This document shows, piece by piece, positions 52,420 to 64,000 of a DNA stretch of 64,000 nucleotides; position 1 is the first letter of the stretch; each line of letters starts with the position of its first letter. The notes beneath the pieces are model-generated. The model was not told where the DNA came from. It was given only the letters and a program-made list of their open reading frames with translations, and ran no database searches. Source of the DNA: Ostrea edulis (taxonomy: Eukaryota); the NCBI RefSeq assembly GCF_947568905.1, contig NC_079166.1, positions 43,462,001 to 43,526,000 on the forward strand. Reading direction: 5' to 3'. The translations under genes and the position numbers were made by a program.

Positions 52420-53500
52420 TTTGTTTGCCTTTGCCCCTCGAGGTGAAAAAGAAAATTCTGAAAACATATCTAATGGACACCACCAATCATCTCCCAAAAG
52501 ATGATTTGGCTACTTCATAAAATGCAAGAGCTGGGAACTGAGGTTTTCTATAGAAAACCATCATTTTTCAACCCCCAATTGCCCCCCAGGGTGAAAATGC
52601 ACATCCATAGGACTCACCAATCATCTTCTAAAAGATTATTTGGTTACTGCATAAAATGAGTTATTGGAGCCAGGATTTTGTAGAAAAATGCTTTTTGACC
52701 CCCATTTGGCTCCAGGGTCAATTTTACTACTCTTTATATAGTAATTTCGACCCCAAGCAATGCAATTGCCTGTGCTCCAGGGTGAAAATGAAACCTCTTT
52801 GCACATCTACAGGACACCACCAATCATCTTCCAAAAGATGTTCAAAGCTAAGGATTTGATTTTAATCAGGTTGTAACACCAGGATCAGGAATACTAATAT
52901 TAATATCCAAGCAGTTTGTTCAAGTCATGACCCCCAGGGGTAGGGTGGGGCCACAAAAGGGGATCAAAATTTATATCGAATATATAGGGAAATATCTTTA
53001 ATAATCTTATTTTAAAAAACAGTAGGGCCATAATGATATGCAAGCATCTTCATGTAGTGCAAATTCAAATTTGTTAAATTCAGAGCGTAGGGTATGGAAA
53101 TATACTGGAAATTGATTAAAACACATTAAGATTAGCAGGACCACTGCCCACACAAAATCATGTCAAAATGCAAACTTCCGTAAGTTGTGTAGATCAAATT
53201 TTGGCGTTTTTTTTTTAAATATGCAACATGACTAAAGTTGGGGAGGGGGTATTATTGTTTTTGTCCTGTCTGAAACTTGAACCTTGCTCATAACTTTTGA
53301 ATGGTGAGTTATAGGGCTCTCACACTCCTTGTGACAAGACCTTTCTTTTAGTACCAGAACCTTGGGAGTTTGACCTAATTTTAAGAAAACCTAGACTAGG
53401 CAACAATTCCTGAAATATTTAAGGTAGGGCTTTCATATTTTGTATAGATTCTTTATGGTAAGAAATTTCATTTTATTCCATGATGCTTGACATTTACCGG
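52420..53500. repeat. Patchwork of HINE-type central repeats / short satellite-like arrays (about 170-bp units)
   Basis: Recurrent cagggtgaaaatg...accaatcatct..aaaagat units and catgacccccaggggtagggtggggcc segments. Family assignment is from recall. Confidence 0.5.
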
Positions 53501-53549
53501 TAACCCAAATTTTAACACTCCTCATGTGCCATGGCCGCGTCAAACGTAA

Positions 53550-53880
53550 CACTAGTGATTGTTCCTTCACCAAACACTCGGCACCCATTAGAAGTGAGAA
53601 TCACGTGTCTTTAAAAACGGAGGTCCCGTGTCGCGGCATGTGTTGGCATGTTAAAGAAACATCGCTGTAACGACCCTAAGTGCTAAGCATAGGGTCTAGA
53701 TATATGCACAGGGGCTAAGCCCATTTTAACTCTGTGATCTATATTTATGGTATCGCAGAGTTCGGGCCCAAACGGGCTTAGCCTCTGTGGATATATGTGC
53801 AGTGCTTAACATAAATCTGGTGACGTCTCAGCATGAGTGAAAAATTCTCCATGGGATGTAAAACAACAACCAATCAAACT
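53550..53880 (+). mobile_element. SINE carrying a nested MITE of about 97 bp (53700-53796)
   Basis: The SINE 3' end (ggtgacgtctcagcatgagtgaaaaattctc...caaccaatcaa) is shared with 6529-6790. The insert has 23-bp TIRs atatatgcacaggggctaagccc / gggcttagcctctgtggatatat. Confidence 0.7.
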
Positions 53881-54325
53881 TTACACGTCATGCTATAATG
53901 TTTGACCTTGTACAATCTAATTTGACCTTGTATCATGGTTATGGTGCGACCATTTGGTGTAAGATTGGCATCACAATATGGGGTCAAAAATTTTCATGGG
54001 AATAAAGATTGCAAAAAGTCATCGCAACAACAGGGCCAATGTGACTTAGGTTAGCGACGTGGCCTATGGCCTCCTGTTTTTTTCTTCTTATTATATTGTC
54101 GGGGGGGGGGGGGGGGGGTCATAATCTTCATATTCGTCTGTAGATCCAGGGACTTATATACTTAGTATATAGGTCCCTGGTACATCTAGTTGATTTTGGT
54201 TATTCGGAGAAGATCTCGGATGCTATTGATTTTTTTTTTCAAGAAAAACGTTACCGTATAAGGCCAATAAACATGTAAACCGATACTTGTGTATAATGAT
54301 TATTGTTTTGTCAGTTCACACAAAG

Positions 54326-54726
54326 AACAAGAGGCCCACAGGCCTTATCGGTCACCTGAGCACTAGTGAAAAAGTATCACTACTCCCAAGGGCTATAAAA
54401 TCTTCTCTTTTTTTAAATCCTGTTCTGAATATCTAAGCTAAATTCCAATGTTCAGCAACAGTATAAGACAATATGTGTTCTTACAACTTCATTGCCCTCA
54501 ATAGTGCTACACTGATGAGAAGCTTTACATGCTATAATAGGTGTATTAACATTAAAAGATGTGACTAATTTGGACCCATCCTAGAGTTAAAACCCTGGGT
54601 TGTGAAATTCACCATTTTTGTATTTCCTTTTCTGCTATTCCTAAGTATGCATTTAGATTTGATACAGTATCTGCAAACGTAGACATAAACACTATATATA
54701 TATATATTATACTAAGTTTGGTCCCA

Positions 54727-54759
<33 letters not shown>

Positions 54760-55485
54760 GGTCTTCCTGCTCTACATCATAATGCATTTAGTTTTTCTTG
54801 AACGTGCGGTTCTAGAGAAGATTTTTGAAAATTGGACAATTTTGGGCAGTTTTTGTCCCGCCCCTAAGACCCCAGGAATCCTGAAATTTACAATTTTTGC
54901 CCCGCTTGTTCCAAAGATGATTGATATCAAAAATTTAAAAAGAATTGAAATCATCAATGATAGTTATTAAGAAGTTAAAAATTTCTACTGTTCACACATT
55001 TAATAACTGACCATTTTGGCCCCACCCTGATACCAAAAACCCCTATAGGATCATCAAATTTACAATTTTAGTAAAGAACTATACCTGCTCTTTCTAATCA
55101 TCCCTTTAGTATCAATAGCACTAAAGATGTTATTTAAGTGTTTTACACATAAACACTATATACTCTGTTTGGTCCCACTATGGGAGGGTCAGAACCTCTA
55201 CCCCGGGAATCATGAAATTTACAATTTTGGTAGAGGCGTTCCTGCTTTACATCACTGCATTTAGTTTTGCTTACACATGTGTGGTTCTAGGGAAGACTTT
55301 TGAAAATTGGTCAATTTGGGCATTTTTTATCCCACCCCTAAGGCCCCAGGAATCCGGAAATTTACATTTGATGCCCCCTTGTTCCAAGGATGCTTCATAC
55401 CAAACTTATGAAGAAGTTAACAATGTTCAATTGTTAACGCAGGTCGCACGACGGCAATGGGTCACACTCAGGTGACCTAAAAAAA
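54326..55485. mobile_element. Near-complete Helentron-associated (HINE/pearl-like) element
   Basis: Subterminal inverted repeat ggtcacctga (54350) / tcaggtgacc (55468), terminal hairpin ggtcac-actcag-gtgacc, A/T-run flank, central catgaaatttacaattttggtagagg repeats. Confidence 0.75.
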
Positions 55486-55959
55486 AAAACACCAAAAATT
55501 TCAATGCATCTTATTTCTCTAATAAAAAAAACCCCCAATGATCTTAAACTTGACACAAAACATATTCAAAAGAGGATTAAATCATAAAATATATTAAACG
55601 TCTGGGTTGCTTGTTTTATGGATAAGAATATAAAGAACAATGGACATAAAGATGAAGTACTATACTCAATGCTTTCATTCTTTTTATACCCCCATAAAAC
55701 AGTACAAACAACCTTAACATTTACTAGCATACCAGTGGACAATTTGTCAATTAAATCAAACAAATTCAAAATGTATGGATATCTAGATTTTTATTGACCA
55801 ATGACAACAGTATACATATCAATGTTTCTGTGTGGGTATACCGTTACACAAAATCTCGCAAAATGTATTTTGACATGAACGTCTATACATGTATTCACAC
55901 GGCATCTTGTTTTGAATTTGATGGAAATGTAAACTCGTTAGCATAGAAAGAAAGGTCGA

Positions 55960-57456
55960 TCAAAAGCCAAGTCCTCCTGCTACATCGGAAGCCCCGGATT
56001 TTACCATTGATATGAGAGAACTACCACCCTCTTCCTTCGGTTCCTCTTTGGGTTCTTCCTCTTTAGGTGCTTCCTCTTTGGGTTCTTCCTCCTTGGGTTC
56101 CTCTTTAGGTTCTTCTGGTACTTCCTCCTTTTCCTCACTAGGTTCTTCAGTTGTTTCAAACTCAGCGATGTCATCCTCCAGTTTCTTTCCCTTCTGTAAA
56201 CCTTCTAGTTTGGCAGTGGATTTCTCTTCCGTTGTCTGAGTTTCAGCTCCCTTTGCCTCCTCGGATGAATCTGCATTTCCATCAGTTTCCTCTTTCTTCT
56301 CCTCTGAACCTTCTCCGTTTTCTTCTGATGACTCGCCCTTTTCTTCTGAGGATTCCTCTTTCTTTTCCTCTGCTGATTCTGTTTTCTGATCTGATGATGC
56401 ACTGGCTGCTGCTTTTTCGGATTCTTTGGGAATGGGATCGTAAACCCTTAGATGGATGTACTCGTCTCCAACATTAACCTGGTCAAATGTAATTAAAACG
56501 TGGGTTAAAAATAGAACTCACGATGCAAGTATAGTAGTTAGGTTGTTTTAGTACATGTATATACATACTTAGACCTATCCTGGACTTATTAGTACTTTCA
56601 GAATTTGGTATGCTGTAAGTAATCTTCTGGAAGAGCAGTAACATATGAAGTTTTCAGCACCGAAGATTATTAAAAATTTGTTAAACACTAGAAAAATATA
56701 ATCATTTTATTGTGTACATATTTTACATAAAAATATGAAAATTAAAAATCGCGTGAAGACACGCCCTTCTCAAGCTTAATGAAGCTACGCCCCTGTTCAC
56801 GCTGCATTTTAAAACACATGTCAAATTTGAATAATTGTCATCTGGGTTAAGGTTACCTAGCAATTAGGCCCAGGGGAGTTTATAAATAACCTCACTGTTG
56901 CTATATTAAAGGCTATTAACTTTGTATAGCATGAACTATATATTTTTTATTATCATTAAATTATCAGACTATCAAAGGAAATGAACTATCTTATGTTCAA
57001 ACAAGAATATATATCTGGCCAGATCATAATACATACTTTTATAAAGTAGAGCTTTCCCGCCACGGCCTGTTGCCTGAAAGAAACGGCTTCAAATGTTTCT
57101 AGTTCCTTTCCATATTCTTTTTCCACCTCAGCCTTCAGCTGAAATTAAAGAAAGGACTGGTGAACGCCCACTTCACATTCACATGTGTTCATATCGAAAG
57201 TTTACTTTCAATTCGCTGATCATCTTTCAAAATGTCGATTAGTCCAGCAACGTGTAAACGCTTTCATAATATTCTAGGGCGTATTCCCTGACTTTTTCAG
57301 CTGCTGTAGTTTGAAAAACAAACATTACACATATTGAATTCAATACAATTTGTTTACTACCTTTCCAGCTAAGGCCTTGACTTGATCATTAGCCGTGGTT
57401 GTCTGAGACACTTCCCCAGTTGTTGGTTCAACGTTCTTGGATTTCCTGCAGCCCAT
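55960..57456 (-). CDS. Atypical stefin-type cystatin with MGCxxSK N-terminus, acidic loop insert and EPKEE tail; coding exons 57456-57361, 57138-57037, 56478-55960; 238 aa
   Basis: Exon 2 is 102 nt like the neighbouring stefin (LKAEVEKEYGKELETFEAVSFRQQAVAGKLYFIK). Exon 3 begins VNVGDEYIHLRVYDPIP and resumes AKLEGLQKGKKLEDDIAEF after the insert. All introns are phase 0. A 5'-UTR intron at 57573-57479 has a GTAAGT donor. Minus-strand AATAAA at 55790-55795. Confidence 0.85.
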
Positions 57457-58563
57457 TATGAAGATATTGAAAAATTCCTGCAACATGTAACACGATATAG
57501 GGGAATAAATGACGACTGTCGTACACCATGATGTAAAATAATTTCAATATATATCCGAAACACCCACACTTACTTGAATTAAGTAGAAAAGGGTGAGGGT
57601 GTCTGGGCACTGAGACGAAAACGCCGGTTTGGAGTCGGTGGAAGCTGAGCTGGCAATGAAACCGAAAGACCTCCTCCCCACCTCCTAAAACTATATCAGA
57701 CATGTCGGACATCCGCCAGTGTGCAGGACCTATGGTAGGCCTGACGTAGTGATGTTATATTGTACGGAACATTCAATGTCCGCTTCACATATCGAATTTC
57801 TGTCTATTGAAACTATATCATCCCCCATGTCATACGTAACGTACATACACATCCTATTGGTGGTTGTATTGGCAAAATTAATTCTGAAATTTGAACATGA
57901 AATTCTTTAAATTGCATAGAAAATTTAATTCTTTATATTCTATTCTATATTCTTGTAATATGATTTGCTCTATTGCCAATAAAGATATACCTAGCTAAGT
58001 TTATAAAATGGGGACATTTTTCTTATTCTACCTTTACAAAACCGGAACATGAAAAGAAACTAGGTAATTGATAAGAAATGCTCAGCACTTGTCAAATCAG
58101 ATACATCTGTTATACCAACCATTGACCACCCACCCCCGCGGGTCGCTCGCTCTAGTCAAAGGTTTACAAATCATGGATAAACACCACTATCTGTTAAAAC
58201 AACAGTTAGTTACATTGGAAATGTCTAATTTTATTACCCGGACCCTTTTGTCTGATAAACACTAAAAATATTTTAACTTGTGTCTAGATGCAATTCACTC
58301 TGGACAATTTGAGCAGAGGCGCGTACAAGGATATTGTCGAGTTTGTATTTTTTCTTTTTTGTAGAATTTATTATTTTTGAAATACAAATGATGAAAGAAA
58401 TGCCACATCAAATGATTTTCTTCTTCACTTTTCAGTATACTTCAACGCAAGGAATAGGTCGATGAATTACGGCATTATCTGTGATGCAGCACTTCCTATT
58501 TGTATCCTTTACAGAAAACAATCTCACAGTAGCGATGGCCACGAGTGATTATGTAGACAGCAG

Positions 58564-58713
58564 CACTTGGCGGATCCAGAGGGGGTTTCGGGGGGTGAGG
58601 GTCGCCCCCCAGGCTTTCGTCAAAAAATTGAGGGTGGATCGACCCCCCCCCCCCTTGAAAACCCAAAATTAATGGTAGAATTCCCCTTTCAAAAATTCCT
58701 TGGTCCGCCACTG
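58564..58713. mobile_element. MITE with (cagt)ggcggatcca termini
   Basis: cacttggcggatcca ... tggtccgccactg. Confidence 0.6.
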
Positions 58714-59015
58714 GACAGTACAGTATTTTTAAAAGTTAATAATTAGTGTAGTAAGTGGAGGACTGACTGTCGTTTAACACAGCCATTAGGGGGGGGGGGG
58801 GGGGATTTTAAGACAGAAGTAGTACTGACGCAGCAGCATAATTGCATAAAAGGGGGGATAGGAGTGGAATGGACATGCATCGTGATACACTATGTAAAGG
58901 AGTTTGTAAACCCATGGGAGTATTTCCCAAATGACAATTTATTGCAATTTCTTTATCAATCAACACGATGTGGACTAGTAAGTAGTAAAGAGCCAACAGT
59001 CATAATATTATAGTC

Positions 59016-59050
<35 letters not shown>

Positions 59051-59765
59051 ATTTTCGATGATCAATGAGTGGCGGCGGGGCAATCTCTACTCAGAGTTAT
59101 CGTTCCCGCTATGCTCCACTAATACTCTGTCAACTTCTAAAAACTAAACTAAACTAAAAATCATATCAAAACGTACTAAAACTAACTTAGCATATCAAAC
59201 TGTAATGATAATATCTAAGCAAATCAAACACTTGTCTGAATTTTATAAACGCAGAAGCTGGTAAATATGAGACACCTGAGCGAATTAAAAGGTTTTATAT
59301 AAATATTCATTCATCCAATAATACTAGAATAATCATGGAATTCGTTGTTTTTGTGAACTTACTGTAAGATTTTAAGCTTAACACTAAAACTTGTAAAATC
59401 ATACTTTAAAATGCAATAGGTAGAAATAAGTTTTGCCAAGAATCTTGACATTCAGACGTTGACAGAGGTGTTGTAGCGCAGCGTAATACGCCCTCTGGTG
59501 AGAGATTGGCGGCGAGGTCCAGACTAAATTAGTTACTAGTGCAACCACCAACCAACTCTGTGCAAGTAGCGTATTAGGCCTACTCGACTAGTCCCCTCCC
59601 CTCGCTTAACGGTAAAGGAAAGACAACTCTTTTGTTACTCTTCCGGTTAAATCACATGAACGAAAGATGGCAAACAGCTGATGGATCATCGGATGAAAAC
59701 AATGTCAATATATCCACAGTTTGATTATCTCTGACATAGAGCTTAACGATTTCAGTGACTTGAAC

Positions 59766-62700
59766 ATGAGTAACGGTACTACTAGCGCCAATACTCCAGA
59801 CGAGACGGAGTCTAACACGTACGGGAGTACCCCCGGGGTGGCACGAGGTGACAATACACACACGGGGGGAGGTGATGGACAGTTTGATTTCTCTTTCTCA
59901 ACTTCTTTAGTGAGAGACTCGCTCGATGACAAACACAAACACATTTCTCACTCCATTAACACACCACAAAACAATGAACGTGTGGCGAGTAGGAAACTCT
60001 CGTTCTGTAGAGAATTAACTGGTAAAAATGAAAAGGAAGCAGGTTTTTGTTGTTAAAGTGTTACCCATTCCTACCATGTATTGCATGTATAATATTGGCG
60101 AGAGTAGCTTTGATATTCATTGAAATTCCTTTGCAAATAACATTAATCAAAATGGGTTAGAATATATGTATGATTATGATGTTTGGGCAATTTAGAACAT
60201 TGTTGCAACTGTGGGTAACCGATGATGGTTATAATAGAATAGAACATGTAGAATTAATATTTTTGGTTTTACAGAAATCAAAGCCGTGAAAGATATGGTA
60301 TTATAAAGACAGGTTATCTGCAGAGGGGAATATGAAAATTATTGATATGATACCAAAAAAAGTTCAGACAAATAATGAAACAACATTGTGAAAAAAATTG
60401 AAAGTGAACAAATTTAAACTTCGCTTGAGTCAATTAGTGTATTATGCTGCAACTATTTTGTTGTAATGTTTCATTAATATACTAGTGGTGTACCATATAT
60501 TTATGATGAAAGCTATGCCTGTTCACTTCTCTTAAGAGAATACTGAAGAATGTTTTTTTAAAAGAAGTTAAATTAATACATGTACAAGAAAATTGTTTGG
60601 TGATTTCACAGCAACAAACAATAAGATCTTATAGGTACCTGAAATCTGAATGTTGCATAAATTAAAGTGAAATAAGACAAAGTGAAAAACAATAGACTAA
60701 AATAATATAGAACATGAAGGAAGTTATCAACAGATATTATGATGTTATAACAGTTGAGCTGAATCTCACCAGTATTAACTGGCAGCACAGCCATCCTCTT
60801 CCTACACACTGCAGAAATAAGCTGTCTTCATATGCACATGCCTCTAAAACAACACAAACATTTATGTCACTCAGCACACATTATACAACCGTAGCGTAGC
60901 AGTAGTATTGTGCTGCAAATATTCCAAATCTTATGCACTTTTGCACAATTGATATAAATAAATCCTAACTTAAGCATTGTAATATATATAATTGCTATTT
61001 AGATCTACTTATTTACATGGTTTTGAATATTTAAATCTATATTGAAGCAAGTACTGGCCATTCTTGACTATTATTTGATATATTAGTAAGAAAATGAAGG
61101 AAAGGTTATGACAATTTTATCACAAAATTAGTTTATTTTGTATCTGATTTTTCTCCTTGAAAATTCCTATTGTAGAGCATACTCACCTGCTGCAAGCCAC
61201 AGTGTTCATAGAAGATGCTGCTAAGGTATATCAATACCTAGGATTACAAAGCTGAACAGTTTTAACATAATAATATTCTTGAAAAAAAATTGTATTTGAT
61301 ACCATACCAGTTTCTATATTGAATGTTGACTTTTAACAATGATACTTATCAATGTAAAAAAATAAATTTTCAATCTGGTGATAAATTCCATGCCAGTGCT
61401 CGAGCTGGGCTTCGCCATTTTCGCCAATGGCGAATTTTTTTCAAAAATGGCGAAAAAAAATTGAAAGTGGCGAAAATCCCTTTTTGCAATAAATTGTATT
61501 TTTAATCCTTTGTCAGTGACACATTATCGCCTGTTTGTTTATGCAGTCAAAATCTGTTTATTCAGTCAACGCGTGCGACCGGGAATCTCGCGTCGTTCCA
61601 GTGCACACAGAGCTGGTCACAGCCTCAGGTAATTTATGGCTGCAAAAAAGTCGGTGATTATGTAATAAAGTACATCGGACAGCTGTTTACCCTGCTGTGG
61701 TCAATTGTTTAACATTTAAAGTCTTATTCATTATCGTGTTATCATTTCCACATTAATGTCAATTCTTAACCAGAGAACCGACTGGTAATTAAATTGGCCG
61801 TATTATTGTGTATAATGTATATCTAAATACATCAATTGTTTGTTTTTTCGGCCAAACTCGTTGATTACAAGATTTTGATTTTGATGTGTTTGATTTTAGT
61901 TCGAATATTTCATAAACAATGCGGTCGGTCACCATTGATATGGACATGGCAATTTTAATAAATAATTTTCTTTGAAGTTCGGTGCGCAACAGTATAAAAA
62001 TGCTAATCTCATAAGACTATGCACCCCATTCTATTTTGACACTAAACTTGTAGCTTCTGACCCTAGTCAATCTAAAATTTAAAAAATATCTATGTTTGGC
62101 TTACAGTCAACCCCACCTCCTCAAACATCTGATTCTGTCCAAATTGCAAAATCTTCCATACAAAAACGGAAATTTAATAGGGAGTGGTTGAGATACGACT
62201 CTAAATTGGGCTTGATGTTTTGTGACATCTGTATTTCGGCCAATGTACACAATGTTTTCACTGAGGGGTGTAGCATCATGAAGTTTATATTTATATGATT
62301 TATTATCTGAATTTTGATTTCCATAATAGAATTTATCAAACAAATCAACTTCTTATTATTTCAGAAAGAAATGTTTAGGTATGGTAGCTGGATATGATTA
62401 AGTAATGTAACTGATTCAAAATGCTAAAATAAGTGTAATGAATAAAATAATATATAATATGATGGAAATAATTGTAAAGCATGTGATTATTTGTGCCGCG
62501 CCACTCCCCGAAAAAGTGGCGAAAGGGAATTCTGGTCCAGTGGGAGCACTGTTCCATGCTCCAAGTACAACAATGATAATCTTTGTTTTTCAGTACCGTG
62601 AGATTTATCATCGAGTGGACAAAAGAGCTCTTCAGGTGTACAGACTCTACCATTCCACTGCATTACAAAGGTAGACTTGTAAAATAGTGTTTATCACGTT

Positions 62701-63846
62701 CACCGTCACACAACTCAAACTCGGTGCTCAAAACAACAACGTTTTGTTCATGTGGGTAACCCAGTAGTCTAAAAATTACAGTAAAAAAATGTAAAGTTTA
62801 AAATTAACAATAAAAACTACGAATTTCATTTTCTCTTTCACCCCTTACTATAATCAAGTAATCATGACTTATATACCCTCTGTATTTCTTAATACATTTT
62901 CGATGAAGCTAATTGTTCACTTTTTTATGCTCTACATTTTGGTATTCTTTTCTTGGTTTTATTGTATAAAATTATGTATGATTTAGATGTCCTACACATT
63001 TATTTTAAATTGTACTGTACAGCTTTGCATTCTCTGTACCTTGAGTATTTAAATTTGTATTTTAGATGTCGCTATGTTTTTACCTTTGTGCTACACATCC
63101 TGGCATTCTTTGAATATCCATCCTCCCTGACGTGGACGTCAGACATCCGTTACCGTGGAGACAGAATCAACATTCCGTGTGGAGTCACCGAGGGATTTGA
63201 ACTCATCTGTCTTCTTTTCTTCACGATGGATGTCATAATGAAAGTTTGTCCGATTTCTTGTTCGTTTTATTTTTGACACAATTAAAAAAATATGTAGAAT
63301 TTATGATTGGAAGGTGTAAATTTGGCTGTCAAGACTATCTGTAACAATGGTAAATTTTGACAGCTCATTTATATGTGTTTGAATGCAATATGCATACTTC
63401 TATTAGCAGTGTTTATATTTTGGTATTTTTGGATCAGTCTCAATTGTGTTAATTTAAGATCACCACCAAGATATTTAAAAATCTTAATATGCATTGATAT
63501 TACTTCACGAGTCAGAATTACAACATGGGAGAAATAAGATGAAATGGTACTCGGATGTACAGTAGATGAGAATGTTTGTGAAATGTGGCTGTAATCATAT
63601 CATGCTATATTGTTTGTAGTCATGTTGTGATCTATTATTTTGTAATTTTGTTGTGATATGTAATTACATCATGATATCATTGATGTAATCTTTCTGGTCC
63701 TAACAATATTTGATGACAATATTTTTCAGTACTGGTTAATTGGCTTTGAACAGTTTCGTAAAAAGAAATGGATGATAGCCACTGTGGTTGTCCTGGGACT
63801 TTCTCTCATTGATTGGTGTGTTAGCATTGGCTTCCAGTGTAACGAG
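59766..63846 (+). CDS. TPCN2: Two-pore channel 2, 5' part (exons 59766-60021, 61176-61225, 62594-62670, 63066-63243, 63730-63846; continues beyond the window)
   Basis: LLQATVFIEDAAK-YREIYHRVDK..L..YR.Y.S..LQR, LAFFEYPSSLTWTSDIRYRG.....PCGVTEGFELICLL and YWLIGFEQFRK..W.....VLGLSLIDWCVS match TPC2 N-terminal and S1-S3 motifs. Phases 1,0,2,0 are compatible. The start codon is uncertain (see findings). Confidence 0.85.
61394..62551 (+). mobile_element. Internally deleted hAT transposon with 8-bp TSD, retaining the transposase N-terminal zinc-finger exon
   Basis: Termini CAGTGCTC...GAGCACTG; TTCCATGC at 61386-61393 and 62552-62559; ORF 62092-62298 KRKFNREWLRYDSKLGLMFCDIC...NVFTEGC. Confidence 0.85.
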
Positions 63847-64000
63847 GTCAGTATTTTACAGGTCTCCCTCATGGAATCACAGGCAATTATATCACCTGGG
63901 TTCAAAATCACTATTAAAGAGTACCCAAGCGATATAATTGCCTGTGCATAGAATAGTTGTTACTAAGAAAAGAGATTTTCCTTTGTAAACTTGTTTATTA

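Noticed and set aside
56012-56477. Plus-strand Ser-rich ORFs and the minus-strand ORF 56205-56402
   Set aside because: Antisense or off-frame shadows of the acidic cystatin exon 3.
57170-57305. Possible duplicated cystatin exon 2 (AEKVREYALEYYESVYT) in intron 1
   Set aside because: Only faint similarity, wrong phase at the acceptor, an early stop and no QxVxG motif.
1181-59049. Long poly-G/poly-C runs (e.g. 1181-1200, about 9745-9775, 34371-34390, about 59016-59049) as functional G-quadruplexes
   Set aside because: They are scattered without positional pattern, are often parts of MITEs, and homopolymer length is unreliable in assemblies.
60275-60297. 23-nt micro-exon candidate in TPCN2 (ttttacag|aaatcaaagccgtgaaagatatg|gtatta)
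   Set aside because: It breaks phase with the 61176 acceptor unless an AG 2 nt downstream is used; flanking exons join in frame without it.

Overview
AT-rich eukaryotic genomic DNA, most consistent with an oyster (Ostreidae). This is inferred from recalled bivalve repeat families, not from a database search. Genes, reconstructed by hand from splice sites and reading-frame phase: three tandem MS4A/CD20-like membrane-protein paralogs (one apparently intact, one partial, one with an in-frame stop); an intronless B-box/coiled-coil/NHL (TRIM-like) gene; a 22.5-kb CCDC81 gene on the minus strand, head-to-head with a canonical stefin-type cystatin; a second, highly modified stefin on the minus strand; and the 5' exons of TPCN2, which runs off the window. 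Intergenic and intronic space holds L1/Tx1 and CR1-like LINE remnants, Penelope-like (Naiad-type) fragments, SINEs, Helentron-associated elements, a hAT derivative, MITEs and minisatellites. The strongest novelty candidate is the second stefin. It has an MGCxxSK dual-acylation N-terminus, a 71-aa acidic insert in the second inhibitory hairpin loop and an EPKEE-repeat tail, and its true reading frame is absent from the supplied ORF track. Two neighbouring genes also carry tandem amplifications of an exon-end plus splice-donor junction. No CRISPR, rRNA or functional tRNA gene was found.
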